Shown in pieces: positions 9,161 to 18,397 of a stretch of 37,439 nucleotides of DNA; the first letter of the stretch is position 1, and each line of letters begins with the position of its first letter. The DNA is from Pedosphaera sp. (GTDB lineage: Bacteria; Verrucomicrobiota; Verrucomicrobiia; Limisphaerales; SIBH01). The DNA lies in the NCBI GenBank assembly GCA_031414955.1, contig JANOQV010000294.1, positions 1 to 37,439 of the forward strand, given 5' to 3'. The notes beneath the pieces are model-generated. The model was given only the letters and a program-made list of their open reading frames with translations, was not told the origin of the DNA and made no database searches. Made by a program: the position numbers and the translations under genes.

Positions 9161-11116
9161 TTAGTCCGAATCTTCGTGGCGGTGCAGCAAGGCAAACGGT
9201 TCGCGGGCGTGAAAAGCCTCGCGAGCCAGGGCGAAGGCATTCCCCGGCTCCAACCCTTCGGTCAGGAACTTCCGCAGCCGTTCTAATGATCCGTCGTCGG
9301 CAATCGTTCCCGGAGTGCGGATGACGCGGCGCACTTCCATGGTCACGGCGTCGATCAAGAGCGTGCAGCCGGCGCGGTAGCGGAAATCGCCTCTGTCCTC
9401 GGGGCCAAACTGCGTGCCGGGCGCGTCGTAACGCAGCTGATCCTCGGCTTTGAAATAGCCCCGACGCCGTTGGGTGATTTCCACCACAAGATCCGTCACG
9501 ATCCCGCCCCGGGCGCTGCGCCGACGAGCGGTCCGGACGGAATGAACTTCCACGGAAGGCGCGCCCGCCTTGGAGCGAAAAACGGTGGGCGGCGCGCTGA
9601 CTGGGTCAAGGATGAGGCCAATCTCCGACGCCAGAATGCGCCCGTCGTCCTTGATCAACCACTCCCACAGTTTTTTCGCGTTGCTCCTGACGCCATCCCA
9701 AGCCTTTTTGCGGTCGCTTTCGAGATCCCAGGGCTGGAGCGCAATTTTCCGAAACTCGTCGGCCAGCCAGTCCATCGAACCTTGCTGGCCGGGACCGCCG
9801 GCCCTCCGGGCCTGATCCCAGGTGGGCCAGAGCAAGGATTCGAGGGACACGTTGTTCATCCCGCGGGGCGCAAGGCCCCAGTGCCGGAAACTTTCGCAGA
9901 AAGCGAGCCGGTAACGATCCGGGTCTTCCGGATTCAAATCATGGTCGGCCGTGACGATGCCGCGCAGGTAGTCGCCAAAGGTGATTCCGACCGGCGGACA
10001 GTAATCGACGGCCCGAATGCACATTTGCAGGATGGAGCGCGCACACCGCGCCGCCTCATCGGCCAGCCGGTTGGAGAGATCGGGATGAATGTCACCCGCG
10101 CGCAGCAGGCCGGTGCCTTCGCTGGCCAGGCGAAAAAGATCCGCCGTGCGCGCCCGGTAAACTTTCAGGAACGCCCCGAAAACCGCCGCCACCAGAATCG
10201 CGCCCCGGTCATGCGGCTCCTGTATTTTGTCCAGCCCCCGCGCGTCCGGCACCCGCGCCTCCCATTGGCCGGTCGCGGGATTGAGGCCGCCCAACGCATC
10301 ACGCAAGGCACCGCCGCGGCCCGAGGCCCGGCCAAATTGTTGGGCGATCTGCCCGAGAAGGTTCTCGCCCGCGAGATTGCCGCGCGTGCGCGCGATTTGA
10401 TCCCGCAAGACCCCCGGGTAGGAGAATCTCTGGAAGAGAGCCACGATATCGGCGAAGGCCTCATGAAAAGCCAGCACGTCCAGGTTCACCGGCCGGTTGA
10501 ACCGGGGATGAACCCCGTCCAGCAACGCGTGCGCCGTCTCGTGCGCGATGATGTCATGCGAGAGACAGGTGAACACCAGCGTGCCCGGCGTGTTGTGCGC
10601 GTCCTTGAGGCTGACCGGAAAATATCCGAAGAGCAGCGCCTTCTTGTCCGGACTGTAGAACGCGTTCCGGTCGCGCAGGGCATGGGGATAAATCCGGAGT
10701 CTGCGCACGAACTGCTCCTCGTATTCGCCCTTGGCCGCATCAAACGTCCGGCGCGTGGACCAGAGCGCCACCCGGCCAAGGGCGCGCTCAAAATGTCCGA
10801 TCGTGGACATGGCCACGGCATAAACCATCTGCTGATGAAATTGCGGATTCGATTCCGACGGTGCCAGGCCGTCCTGCGCCAGAATGCGGTGGTCATTCAA
10901 ATCGACCGGCTTGTAAGCCGACTGGCTGGCCGGATCCACGTCCACCACTTCGAGGTATTCACCGATGGGGCCGGGCTGAAGACCCTTCTCCCACGGAATT
11001 TCAATCGTGATTTCACCAATGCCCGCCTGGTCGAACTGCGCCGAGAGGCTCGGGTCAAAGGCAAAAATGCACAAGGCCCGCGACACCGGTTCGGAAACAA
11101 GATCAATTTTTGCCAT
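9161..11116 (-). CDS. thermolysin-like (M4/gluzincin) zinc metallopeptidase, cytoplasmic
   Basis: NAFY, SHDIIAHETAH (HExxH), FHEAFAD (third ligand), EPHDRG. ATG 11116 follows a G/A-rich RBS; the longer upstream ORF part looks non-coding. Confidence 0.85.
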   Translation of the reverse strand: MAKIDLVSEPVSRALCIFAFDPSLSAQFDQAGIGEITIEIPWEKGLQPGPIGEYLEVVDVDPASQSAYKPVDLNDHRILAQDGLAPSESNPQFHQQMVYAVAMSTIGHFERALGRVALWSTRRTFDAAKGEYEEQFVRRLRIYPHALRDRNAFYSPDKKALLFGYFPVSLKDAHNTPGTLVFTCLSHDIIAHETAHALLDGVHPRFNRPVNLDVLAFHEAFADIVALFQRFSYPGVLRDQIARTRGNLAGENLLGQIAQQFGRASGRGGALRDALGGLNPATGQWEARVPDARGLDKIQEPHDRGAILVAAVFGAFLKVYRARTADLFRLASEGTGLLRAGDIHPDLSNRLADEAARCARSILQMCIRAVDYCPPVGITFGDYLRGIVTADHDLNPEDPDRYRLAFCESFRHWGLAPRGMNNVSLESLLWPTWDQARRAGGPGQQGSMDWLADEFRKIALQPWDLESDRKKAWDGVRSNAKKLWEWLIKDDGRILASEIGLILDPVSAPPTVFRSKAGAPSVEVHSVRTARRRSARGGIVTDLVVEITQRRRGYFKAEDQLRYDAPGTQFGPEDRGDFRYRAGCTLLIDAVTMEVRRVIRTPGTIADDGSLERLRKFLTEGLEPGNAFALAREAFHAREPFALLHRHEDSD

Positions 11117-11491
11117 GCGCCAGTCTTTCCGGCCTCCCCTCTCCCGCACGGGAACGGTGCAGCCTTGATTGCCCACGCCAGGAACAGTGCGTGCTCCTTT
11201 GTGAACTGTGCCCCGATGAGGCTCCGCTCGATCCCATCGTGTCAAGGGACTTTTCCACTTGGTGGAGAACCGGAACACGTAAATCTCGGCCTCGCCAGGG
11301 AAGCTTTCGTCGATGACGCGAAACGGACAGGGCATGTTTTCGCGGACCGCAGGCTCGCCATTCTCCGGCACCACACTTCCGCGTTCGGGGAAAGTGCCGA
11401 GGGCGAGCGCCAGGGTGCCTGCAAACGTCGGTCCCTGCATCGCCTTGGTACGATAAAAGACTTTCCGCTCGCATCGTGCCGACTAAATTTT

Positions 11492-11511
11492 TGTTGACTA
11501 CTTGGTCAACA
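11492..11511. promoter_or_regulatory. palindromic TetR-type operator overlapping a TTGACT -35 element
   Basis: TGTTGAC-TACTTG-GTCAACA, 19 bp upstream of the TetR ATG. Confidence 0.7.
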
Positions 11512-11530
11512 TTATCCAACTGTGCTGCTC

Positions 11531-12145
11531 ATGGGACGAAGCAGTGACGCCAAGCAGCGATTGATGGAGGCAGTGACAGAACTCATCTGGCACGGCTCCT
11601 ATGGCAGCACGACCATCGATCAGATCTGCGAGAAGGCGGGCGTCAAGAAGGGGAGCTTCTACTATTTCTTCGAGTCCAAGTCCGATGTGGCCGCAGCGGC
11701 CTTGGAAGCGACCTGGGAACAGAAGCGACCCGAGTTGGACGCGATTTTTTCCCCGACCGTGCCGCCGCTGGAGCGGTTGCGTCGCTTTTGCGAACAGGGT
11801 TATGAGCAGCAAAAAGAGATGAAGCGCTCGTGCGGCTCAGTGCGTGGGTGCCCTTTGTTTGCACTGGGTTCCGAGGTTTGCAATTCGGACGCGCGATTGC
11901 ACAAGAAGGTGAAGGAGATTCTGGGCCACTACCACACCTACATCGAGTCGGCCATTCGGGACGCCCACACGCAGGGGCTAATCCATGCTCCGGACCCCGC
12001 CGCGAAGGCGCGGATGCTGTTCGCCTACTCGGAAGGATTGCTGACGCAGGCGCGCATCGTGAACGACGTGGAAGTGTTGCGCGAGATGGCTGAAGGCGTC
12101 CTCGGCATCCTGGGTGCGAAGACCGTCGCGCCCAAAGCAGCCTGA
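11531..12145 (+). CDS. TetR/AcrR family transcriptional regulator (NemR-like)
   Basis: GSYGSTTIDQICEKAGVKKGSFYYFFESK HTH, GCPLFALGSE motif. ATG 11531. Confidence 0.95.
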   Translation: MGRSSDAKQRLMEAVTELIWHGSYGSTTIDQICEKAGVKKGSFYYFFESKSDVAAAALEATWEQKRPELDAIFSPTVPPLERLRRFCEQGYEQQKEMKRSCGSVRGCPLFALGSEVCNSDARLHKKVKEILGHYHTYIESAIRDAHTQGLIHAPDPAAKARMLFAYSEGLLTQARIVNDVEVLREMAEGVLGILGAKTVAPKAA

Positions 12146-12172
12146 TCATCAGACATTTTTTTGGAGATCAAT

Positions 12173-12189
12173 TTGACTAAACAGTTCAC
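12173..12189. promoter_or_regulatory. second, degenerate TetR operator upstream of the efflux genes
   Basis: TTGACTAAACAGTTCAC resembles TTGACTACTTGGTCAAC at 11494-11510. Confidence 0.5.
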
Positions 12190-12207
12190 TATCAACGGGG
12201 ATTAAGA

Positions 12208-12531
12208 ATGAAATTTACGCCTGCACCCTTCGGTCAGTCCGTTCTGAAATCCAGTTCGCCGGGGCCAAGTTGGAATTGCCACGCCCACTTCCGCGACGAA
12301 ATCGCTCGCGCCAAACGAACCACGATGCGGGATTATAGCGCCGAGGTCGGCGAACACTTGCGTCTGCTTCGCCTGGCCTTGAACGAAGCCGAGGCTCTGG
12401 CCTGGCAGACCGATTATCCGCACCTCGTCTTTCCAGTTCTGGCTGCGGAGAAGGCCCGCGCCACGGCCCGCTGGCACCGGCGCCAACGCGCGCTTCAGAG
12501 CGTAGCACCTCAGTTCTCATGCGCGGAATAA
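12208..12531 (+). CDS. small hypothetical protein in the efflux operon
   Basis: 107 aa with ATG after an A/G-rich stretch and a helical-looking core (LLRLALNEAEALAWQTDYPHLVFP). It fits exactly between the operator and the adaptor gene (11 bp gap). Confidence 0.7.
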   Translation: MKFTPAPFGQSVLKSSSPGPSWNCHAHFRDEIARAKRTTMRDYSAEVGEHLRLLRLALNEAEALAWQTDYPHLVFPVLAAEKARATARWHRRQRALQSVAPQFSCAE

Positions 12532-12542
12532 ACCAAGGATCT

Positions 12543-13733
12543 ATGAAGAAAACCCAGACCAAGAAGTTATTTGTGCTCGCGGCGGCCAGCCTGTTGGTGG
12601 GCTGCCATCGTTCCGCCCCGCCGGGACCGGGCGGAATGGAGATGCCCCCGCCGCTGGTGGCGTGCTCCACCGTGCAGCCACAGGAAATCATCGAGTGGGA
12701 TGAGTTCACGGGGCGCACGGCGGCGATTGAAAACGTGGAGGTGCGGCCCCGCGTGTCGGGCCACATCGAGGCGGTGAAGTTTCAATCAGGCCAACTGGTG
12801 AAGAAGGGCGAAGTGCTTTTTCAGATAGATTCTCGCTCGCAGCAGGCAGAACTCGACCGCCGCTCGGCGGATTGCGAGCAGGCCCGCGTGAAACTGGCCA
12901 ACGCCGAGCGCGAGGCCAGGCGCATCGCTTCCCTACTGGCGAACAAGGCCATCTCGGCGGAGGAAGGTGATCAGCGCCAGATGCGTTTCGACGAGGCGAA
13001 GGCGGCGCTGCTCTCCGCCGAGGCCGCGCGCAACACAGCGAAGTTGGATCTGGAGTACACGACCATTCGCTCCCCCATCAACGGCCGGATCAGTCGGGCG
13101 CTGGTCACAGAAGGCAATTACGTGAGCGGGGTCGCCGGCATGTCCACGGCGCTGACGACGATTGTCTCGGTGGATCCCGTTCACGTCTATGCGGACCTGG
13201 ATGAGAACGCGCTGCTCAAGTTCAACGCCCTGAATCGCGCGCACAAGATCAGCAGCAACGGCGACGGTCAGGTGCCGGTGGAAATGGAACTGGCCGACGA
13301 AACCGGCTTCCCACATCGCGGCACCATTGAGTCATTCGACAACAAACTCGACGCGGCGTCCGGCAGCATCCTGTTGCGGGCGGTGTTTCCGAATCCTGAG
13401 GGCAGGCTGGTACCGGGACTGTTTGCACGCATCCGCATCCCTGGCAGCGCAAAACACAGCGCGCTGCTTGTGGACGAGGGCGCGATTGGCACGGACCAGG
13501 CGCGCAAGTTCGTGCTCACGATCACGTCGAGCAACCGGACCCATTTCGCCGAGTATCGTCCGGTGAAACTGGGCCCGGCCATCAACGGCAAGCGCGTGGT
13601 GCGCGAGGGCCTCCAGTCTGGAGATCAAGTGGTGAAAGACATCGTGATGGCCCGGGTGCGCCCGGGCATGGCGGTGCAACTTCAGACGGCGGGCGCGACC
13701 AATGGCGTCCCGGCGCAGACGGCCCAGCGTTGA
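12543..13733 (+). CDS. RND efflux periplasmic adaptor subunit (MexE/AcrA-like lipoprotein)
   Basis: Lipobox LLVGC, WDEFTGR, VEVRPRVSG, GQLVKKGEVLFQID, SPINGRISR, LVPGLFARIR. ATG 12543. Confidence 0.95.
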   Translation: MKKTQTKKLFVLAAASLLVGCHRSAPPGPGGMEMPPPLVACSTVQPQEIIEWDEFTGRTAAIENVEVRPRVSGHIEAVKFQSGQLVKKGEVLFQIDSRSQQAELDRRSADCEQARVKLANAEREARRIASLLANKAISAEEGDQRQMRFDEAKAALLSAEAARNTAKLDLEYTTIRSPINGRISRALVTEGNYVSGVAGMSTALTTIVSVDPVHVYADLDENALLKFNALNRAHKISSNGDGQVPVEMELADETGFPHRGTIESFDNKLDAASGSILLRAVFPNPEGRLVPGLFARIRIPGSAKHSALLVDEGAIGTDQARKFVLTITSSNRTHFAEYRPVKLGPAINGKRVVREGLQSGDQVVKDIVMARVRPGMAVQLQTAGATNGVPAQTAQR

Positions 13734-13752
13734 AGGGGGAGCGAGAACCGAA

Positions 13753-16700
13753 ATGAAATTTTCCCACTTTTTCATCCGCCGGCCGATCTTTGCGGGCGTG
13801 CTTTCAGCCATCGTGTTCCTGCTCGGGCTGCTGGCGATGTATCGCCTGCCCATCAGCGAATACCCCGAAGTCGTGCCACCGACCATCGTGGTCATGGCGA
13901 CCTATCCGGGCGCAAACCCGAAGACCATTTCCGAGACGGTGGCCGCGCCCCTGGAGCAGGCCATCAACGGGGTGGAGAACTCCCAATACCTGTTCTCGCA
14001 GGCCACGAGTGACGGGGTGATGACGCTGACCGTGACCTTCAAGCTCGGCACGGACGTGGACCAGGCGCAGGTGCTGGTGCAGAACCGCGTCTCGCAGGCG
14101 TTGCCGAAACTGCCCGAGGAAGTGCGCCGCCTCGGTGTCACCACGCGCAAGCAGTCGCCAGACCTCACGATGGTCGTGCATCTCTTCTCACCGAACGATC
14201 GTTACGACGAAATCTATCTGCGCAACTACGCGACGCTCCAGGTGAAGGATGTGCTGGCACGCATTCCTGGCGCGGGCAATGTCGAGATCTTCGGTTCCGG
14301 CGATTACGCGATGCGCGTGTGGCTCGACCCGAACAAGGTCGCAGCCAAGATGCTGACGGCGAGCGACGTGGTGAACGCGATCCGCGAACAGAACGTGCAG
14401 GTCGCGGCGGGCGGCGTGGGCCAGCAGCCCGTGAGCAAGACGGTGCCGTTGCAATTGCAGATCAACACCAAGGGCCGGCTGATCGACGTGGCAGAGTTCG
14501 AGCAGGTCGTGGTCAAGTCAGGGCCGAACGGTGAAAAAACTTTGCTCAAGGACGTGGCCCGCGTGGAACTTGGTGCGGCCGGCTACGCGCTGCGCTCGCT
14601 GCTGAACAACAAGACCGCCGTGGCGCTGCCCATCTTCCAGTCGCCGGGTGCGAACGCGCTGCAACTCTCCGATGACGTGCGCAAGACGATGGATGAGTTG
14701 AAGCAAAATTTTCCGCAGGGCGTGGACTACTCGGTGGTTTACGACCCGACGGTCTTCGTGCGCAATTCGATCAAGGCCGTGGTCACGACGCTGTTCGAGG
14801 CCATCCTGCTCGTCGTCATCGTCGTCATCCTGTTCCTGCAAACGTGGCGCGCGTCGATCATCCCGCTCGCCGCCGTGCCGGTGTCGCTCGTCGGCACCTT
14901 CGCCGTCATGCTCTGGCTCGGCTTCAGCATCAATGCGCTCACGCTCTTCGGACTCGTGCTGGCCATCGGCATCGTGGTCGATGACGCCATCGTCGTAGTG
15001 GAAAACGTGGAGCGAAACATCGCGCTTGGCTTCGAGCCGCACGAGGCGACGCGGCGCGCGATGAATGAAGTCACGAGTCCAATCATCGCCACGGCGCTGG
15101 TGCTGTGCGCGGTGTTCATCCCCACGGCGTTCATCAGCGGGCTGACGGGGCAGTTCTACAAACAGTTCGCGATCACGATTGCGATTTCGACCGTCATCAG
15201 CGCGTTCAATTCGCTCACGCTTTCGCCCGCGCTCTGCGCCGTGTTGCTCCGGCCGCACCACGGGAAGAAGGATTGGCTCTCGCGCATCATGGACAAGCTG
15301 TTGGGCTGGTTCTTCCGTCCGTTCAACCGCGCCTTTGCCTGGAGCGGCAACAAATACGCGGCGGGCGTGGGCGGCGTGCTGCGCAAGAGCGCCATCGCGC
15401 TGGTGCTCTACGCCGGGCTGGTCGCACTGACGGCGTGGAGTTTCAACAAAGTGCCGACGGGCTTCGTGCCCACGCAGGACAAGCAGTATCTCGTCGCGTT
15501 CGCGCAGTTGCCGGAAGGCGCATCGCTCGACCGCACCGAGGAAGTGATGCGCCGCATGGCCGACCTCGGTTTGAAGACGCCTGGCGTGCAGGACGCGGTG
15601 CAGTTTCCCGGCCTGAGCATCAGCGGGTTCAGCGTGGCGGCCAACCAGGGCATCGTGTTCTTCGGGCTGAAGCCATTCGAGGAGCGCAAGACTCCGGCCA
15701 CGAGCGGGCCGGGCATCGCGGGCGCGTTGAACGCGCAGTTTGGCGGCATCACCGAGGCCTTCGTGCTCGCCGTCATGCCACCGCCGGTCATCGGGCTGGG
15801 CACGATTGGCGGGTTCAAGATGTATGTCGAGGATCGCGCGGACCTCGGCTACGACGTGCTGTTCCAAAATCTACAGGCGGTCTCCGGGGCCAGCTATCAG
15901 ACGAAGGAACTGGCCGGAGTTTTCTCCACCTTCACCGTGAATGTGCCGCAACTCGACGCGGACATCGACCGGATCAAGGCGAAGTCCCAGGGCGTGCCGC
16001 TGCAAAATCTTTTCGAGACGATGCAGATTTATCTCGGATCACTTTACGTAAACGACTTCAACCGCTTCGGCCGCACTTACCAGGTGGTGGCGCAGGCCGA
16101 CGCGCCGTTCCGCGAGCGCGCCGACGCCATCACCAAGCTCAAGACGCGCAACGCGCAGGGCCAGATGGTGCCGCTCGGCTCGCTGGTGAAGGTGACGGAA
16201 AGCTACGGGCCGGACCGGGCGATGCGTTACAACGGCTACCCGGCGGCGGAGATTAACGGCGGTCCCGCGCCTGGCTTCAGCTCCGGCCAGGCCGAGGCGG
16301 CGATGGCCAAGCTGGTCAAAGCGACGCTGCCCAAGGGGCTGGAGTTCGAGTGGACGGAGCTGACGTATCAACGAATCATCGCGGGCAACTCGGCCATCTA
16401 CGTTTATCCGCTCTGTCTGCTGCTGGTGTTCCTCGTGCTCGCGGCGCAATACGAAAGTTTGCGGCTGCCGCTGGCGATCATTCTCATCGTGCCGATGTGC
16501 CTGCTCTTCGCCATCGCGGGCGTGTGGCTCACCGGCGGCGACAACAACATCTTCACGCAGATCGGCCTGATCGTGCTGGTCGGGTTGGCCTGCAAGAACG
16601 CGATCCTGATCGTCGAGTTTGCCAAGCACAAGCAGGACGAGGAAGGCCTGTCACCCTTCGACGCGGCCATCGAGGCGTGCCGCCTGCGGCTGCGTCCGAT

Positions 16701-18384
16701 TTTGATGACCAGCATCGCCTTCATCGCCGGCGTGTTCCCGCTCGTGATTTCGACGGGCGCGGGCGCAGAGATGCGCCAGGCCATGGGCATCGCGGTGTTC
16801 GCCGGCATGATCGGGGTGACGCTCTTCGGACTTTTCCTGACCCCCGTGTTCTACGTGGTGCTGATGAATTTGGGGTGGAGAAAGAAGCCGGCGGCTTCCG
16901 GGGAGAAGCACGGCCCGGTGGACGGTTCCGCAGGTGCGGTGACCGGCACTGCGGCCGTGCTGATCCTCGGAGCTTTGTTGTTCACGGGTTGCGCCGTGGG
17001 GCCGGATTTCCAGAGACCCACGAATGCGCTGCCGGCCGCGTACAAGTCGGTGGATACGACGAACGAGCTTGGGGCATGGAAGGAATCCAAGCCCCTCGAC
17101 ACGCTGCCGAAGGGCCCGTGGTGGGAGGTGTTCGGCGACAAAACGCTCAATGAACTGGAACAGCGCGCCAGCCGAACGAACCAGGAATTGCGGGCGGCGG
17201 TCGCGCGGGTGGAACAGTCGCGATCCACGGCCCGGGTGGCGCGCAGCGAACTGTTGCCGGCTTTCGACGCCAATCCAAGTTGGCGGCGCGAGCGATATTC
17301 GCCCACTCAGAATCCAAGCTTCGGCGACATCACGGCGAACACTTTCCGAGCCCCGCTCGACCTGAGCTACGAGATTGATTTGTGGGGCCGGGTCCGTCGT
17401 GGCTTCGAGGGGGCACGGGCCGACGCCCAGAGTTCACTGGCGGCGATGCACAACGTGCTGCTCACCTTGCAAGGCGATCTCGCCCAAAACTATTTCGCCC
17501 TCCGCTCGCTGGATGCGGAGATCGCCACCCTCAGGGGCACTCTAGTTTTGCGCAACGAACTGTGGCAACTCACCCGCAGCCGGTTTGATGGCGGTATCGG
17601 CAATGAGCTTGATGTAGCGCGCGCGGAAACCGAACTGGCCACCACCGAGGCCGAACTGGCCTCATTGCGCCGCCGGCGGGGGGAATTGGAAAACGCGATC
17701 GCCGTGCTCGTGGGCGAGCATCCCTCGGGCTTCAAGCTTTCCGCGCTTTCGGATGCAGAATGGAATCCAATTCCGCCGACGGTTCCAGCCGGATTGCCTG
17801 CGGACTTGCTCGAGCGCCGTCCCGACGTCGCTCAAGCCGAACGCGACCTCGCCTCGGCCAATGCCGGGATCGGGGTCGCCAAAGCAGGATTCTTCCCGGT
17901 GGTGCGACTTACTGGCTCGGGTGGATTTGTCTCAGGCGACATCGAGACACTCTTCAATTGGGAGAGCCGGGTGTGGAATTTTGGGCCAAGCGTGTCCTTG
18001 CCCATCTTCGCCGGGGGTCGGAACAAGGCGAATCTGGCGCGCTCCCGGGCCGCGTACGAGGAGACCGTGGCGAAGTATCGGCAGCGCGTGCTGGTAGCCT
18101 TTGCGGACGTGGAAAATAGCCTGTCCAGCCTTCATTATCTAGGCCAACAAGCCGCTGCACAGAAGCGGGCCGTGGCCAGCGCCCGGCGGGCGGCGGAACT
18201 GGCCAGGCAACGATTTACCGGAGGTGTGGTTAGTTACCTGGAAGTGGTGGATGCCAGCCGTGGCGCGCTTCTGGCTGAACGAAACCAGGCGCAGATTGTC
18301 GGACAGAGGTTGATTGCCAGTGTTCAGTTGATCCGGGCGCTGGGAGGTGGCTGGGATGAATCCTCACTCACCTCGCGCCAGTAA
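13753..18384 (+). CDS. HAE1 RND permease (MexF/AcrB-like) fused to an outer-membrane factor lipoprotein (OprN/NodT-like)
   Basis: FFIRRPIFA, PISEYPEVVPP, GIVVDDAIVVVENVER, KNAILIVEFA, RLRPILMTS, then in frame LLFTGC-AVGPDF, WWEVFGD, SYEIDLWGRVRR, LLERRPDV, YLEVVDA, RALGGGW. No stop between the two parts. Confidence 0.92.
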   Translation: MKFSHFFIRRPIFAGVLSAIVFLLGLLAMYRLPISEYPEVVPPTIVVMATYPGANPKTISETVAAPLEQAINGVENSQYLFSQATSDGVMTLTVTFKLGTDVDQAQVLVQNRVSQALPKLPEEVRRLGVTTRKQSPDLTMVVHLFSPNDRYDEIYLRNYATLQVKDVLARIPGAGNVEIFGSGDYAMRVWLDPNKVAAKMLTASDVVNAIREQNVQVAAGGVGQQPVSKTVPLQLQINTKGRLIDVAEFEQVVVKSGPNGEKTLLKDVARVELGAAGYALRSLLNNKTAVALPIFQSPGANALQLSDDVRKTMDELKQNFPQGVDYSVVYDPTVFVRNSIKAVVTTLFEAILLVVIVVILFLQTWRASIIPLAAVPVSLVGTFAVMLWLGFSINALTLFGLVLAIGIVVDDAIVVVENVERNIALGFEPHEATRRAMNEVTSPIIATALVLCAVFIPTAFISGLTGQFYKQFAITIAISTVISAFNSLTLSPALCAVLLRPHHGKKDWLSRIMDKLLGWFFRPFNRAFAWSGNKYAAGVGGVLRKSAIALVLYAGLVALTAWSFNKVPTGFVPTQDKQYLVAFAQLPEGASLDRTEEVMRRMADLGLKTPGVQDAVQFPGLSISGFSVAANQGIVFFGLKPFEERKTPATSGPGIAGALNAQFGGITEAFVLAVMPPPVIGLGTIGGFKMYVEDRADLGYDVLFQNLQAVSGASYQTKELAGVFSTFTVNVPQLDADIDRIKAKSQGVPLQNLFETMQIYLGSLYVNDFNRFGRTYQVVAQADAPFRERADAITKLKTRNAQGQMVPLGSLVKVTESYGPDRAMRYNGYPAAEINGGPAPGFSSGQAEAAMAKLVKATLPKGLEFEWTELTYQRIIAGNSAIYVYPLCLLLVFLVLAAQYESLRLPLAIILIVPMCLLFAIAGVWLTGGDNNIFTQIGLIVLVGLACKNAILIVEFAKHKQDEEGLSPFDAAIEACRLRLRPILMTSIAFIAGVFPLVISTGAGAEMRQAMGIAVFAGMIGVTLFGLFLTPVFYVVLMNLGWRKKPAASGEKHGPVDGSAGAVTGTAAVLILGALLFTGCAVGPDFQRPTNALPAAYKSVDTTNELGAWKESKPLDTLPKGPWWEVFGDKTLNELEQRASRTNQELRAAVARVEQSRSTARVARSELLPAFDANPSWRRERYSPTQNPSFGDITANTFRAPLDLSYEIDLWGRVRRGFEGARADAQSSLAAMHNVLLTLQGDLAQNYFALRSLDAEIATLRGTLVLRNELWQLTRSRFDGGIGNELDVARAETELATTEAELASLRRRRGELENAIAVLVGEHPSGFKLSALSDAEWNPIPPTVPAGLPADLLERRPDVAQAERDLASANAGIGVAKAGFFPVVRLTGSGGFVSGDIETLFNWESRVWNFGPSVSLPIFAGGRNKANLARSRAAYEETVAKYRQRVLVAFADVENSLSSLHYLGQQAAAQKRAVASARRAAELARQRFTGGVVSYLEVVDASRGALLAERNQAQIVGQRLIASVQLIRALGGGWDESSLTSRQ

Positions 18385-18397
18385 TTTGGAAAGGAAG

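Noticed and set aside
6812..9286. 824-aa + strand ORF and similar long antisense ORFs (3145-4566, 9470-11497, 22987-24462, 25314-27200, 27377-28717, 35589-37127)
   Set aside because: Shadow frames opposite well-supported genes in high-GC DNA, with no motifs.
11117..11440. 108-aa N-terminal extension of the protease ORF
   Set aside because: It does not look protein-like and there is a good RBS before ATG 11116. Treated as intergenic.
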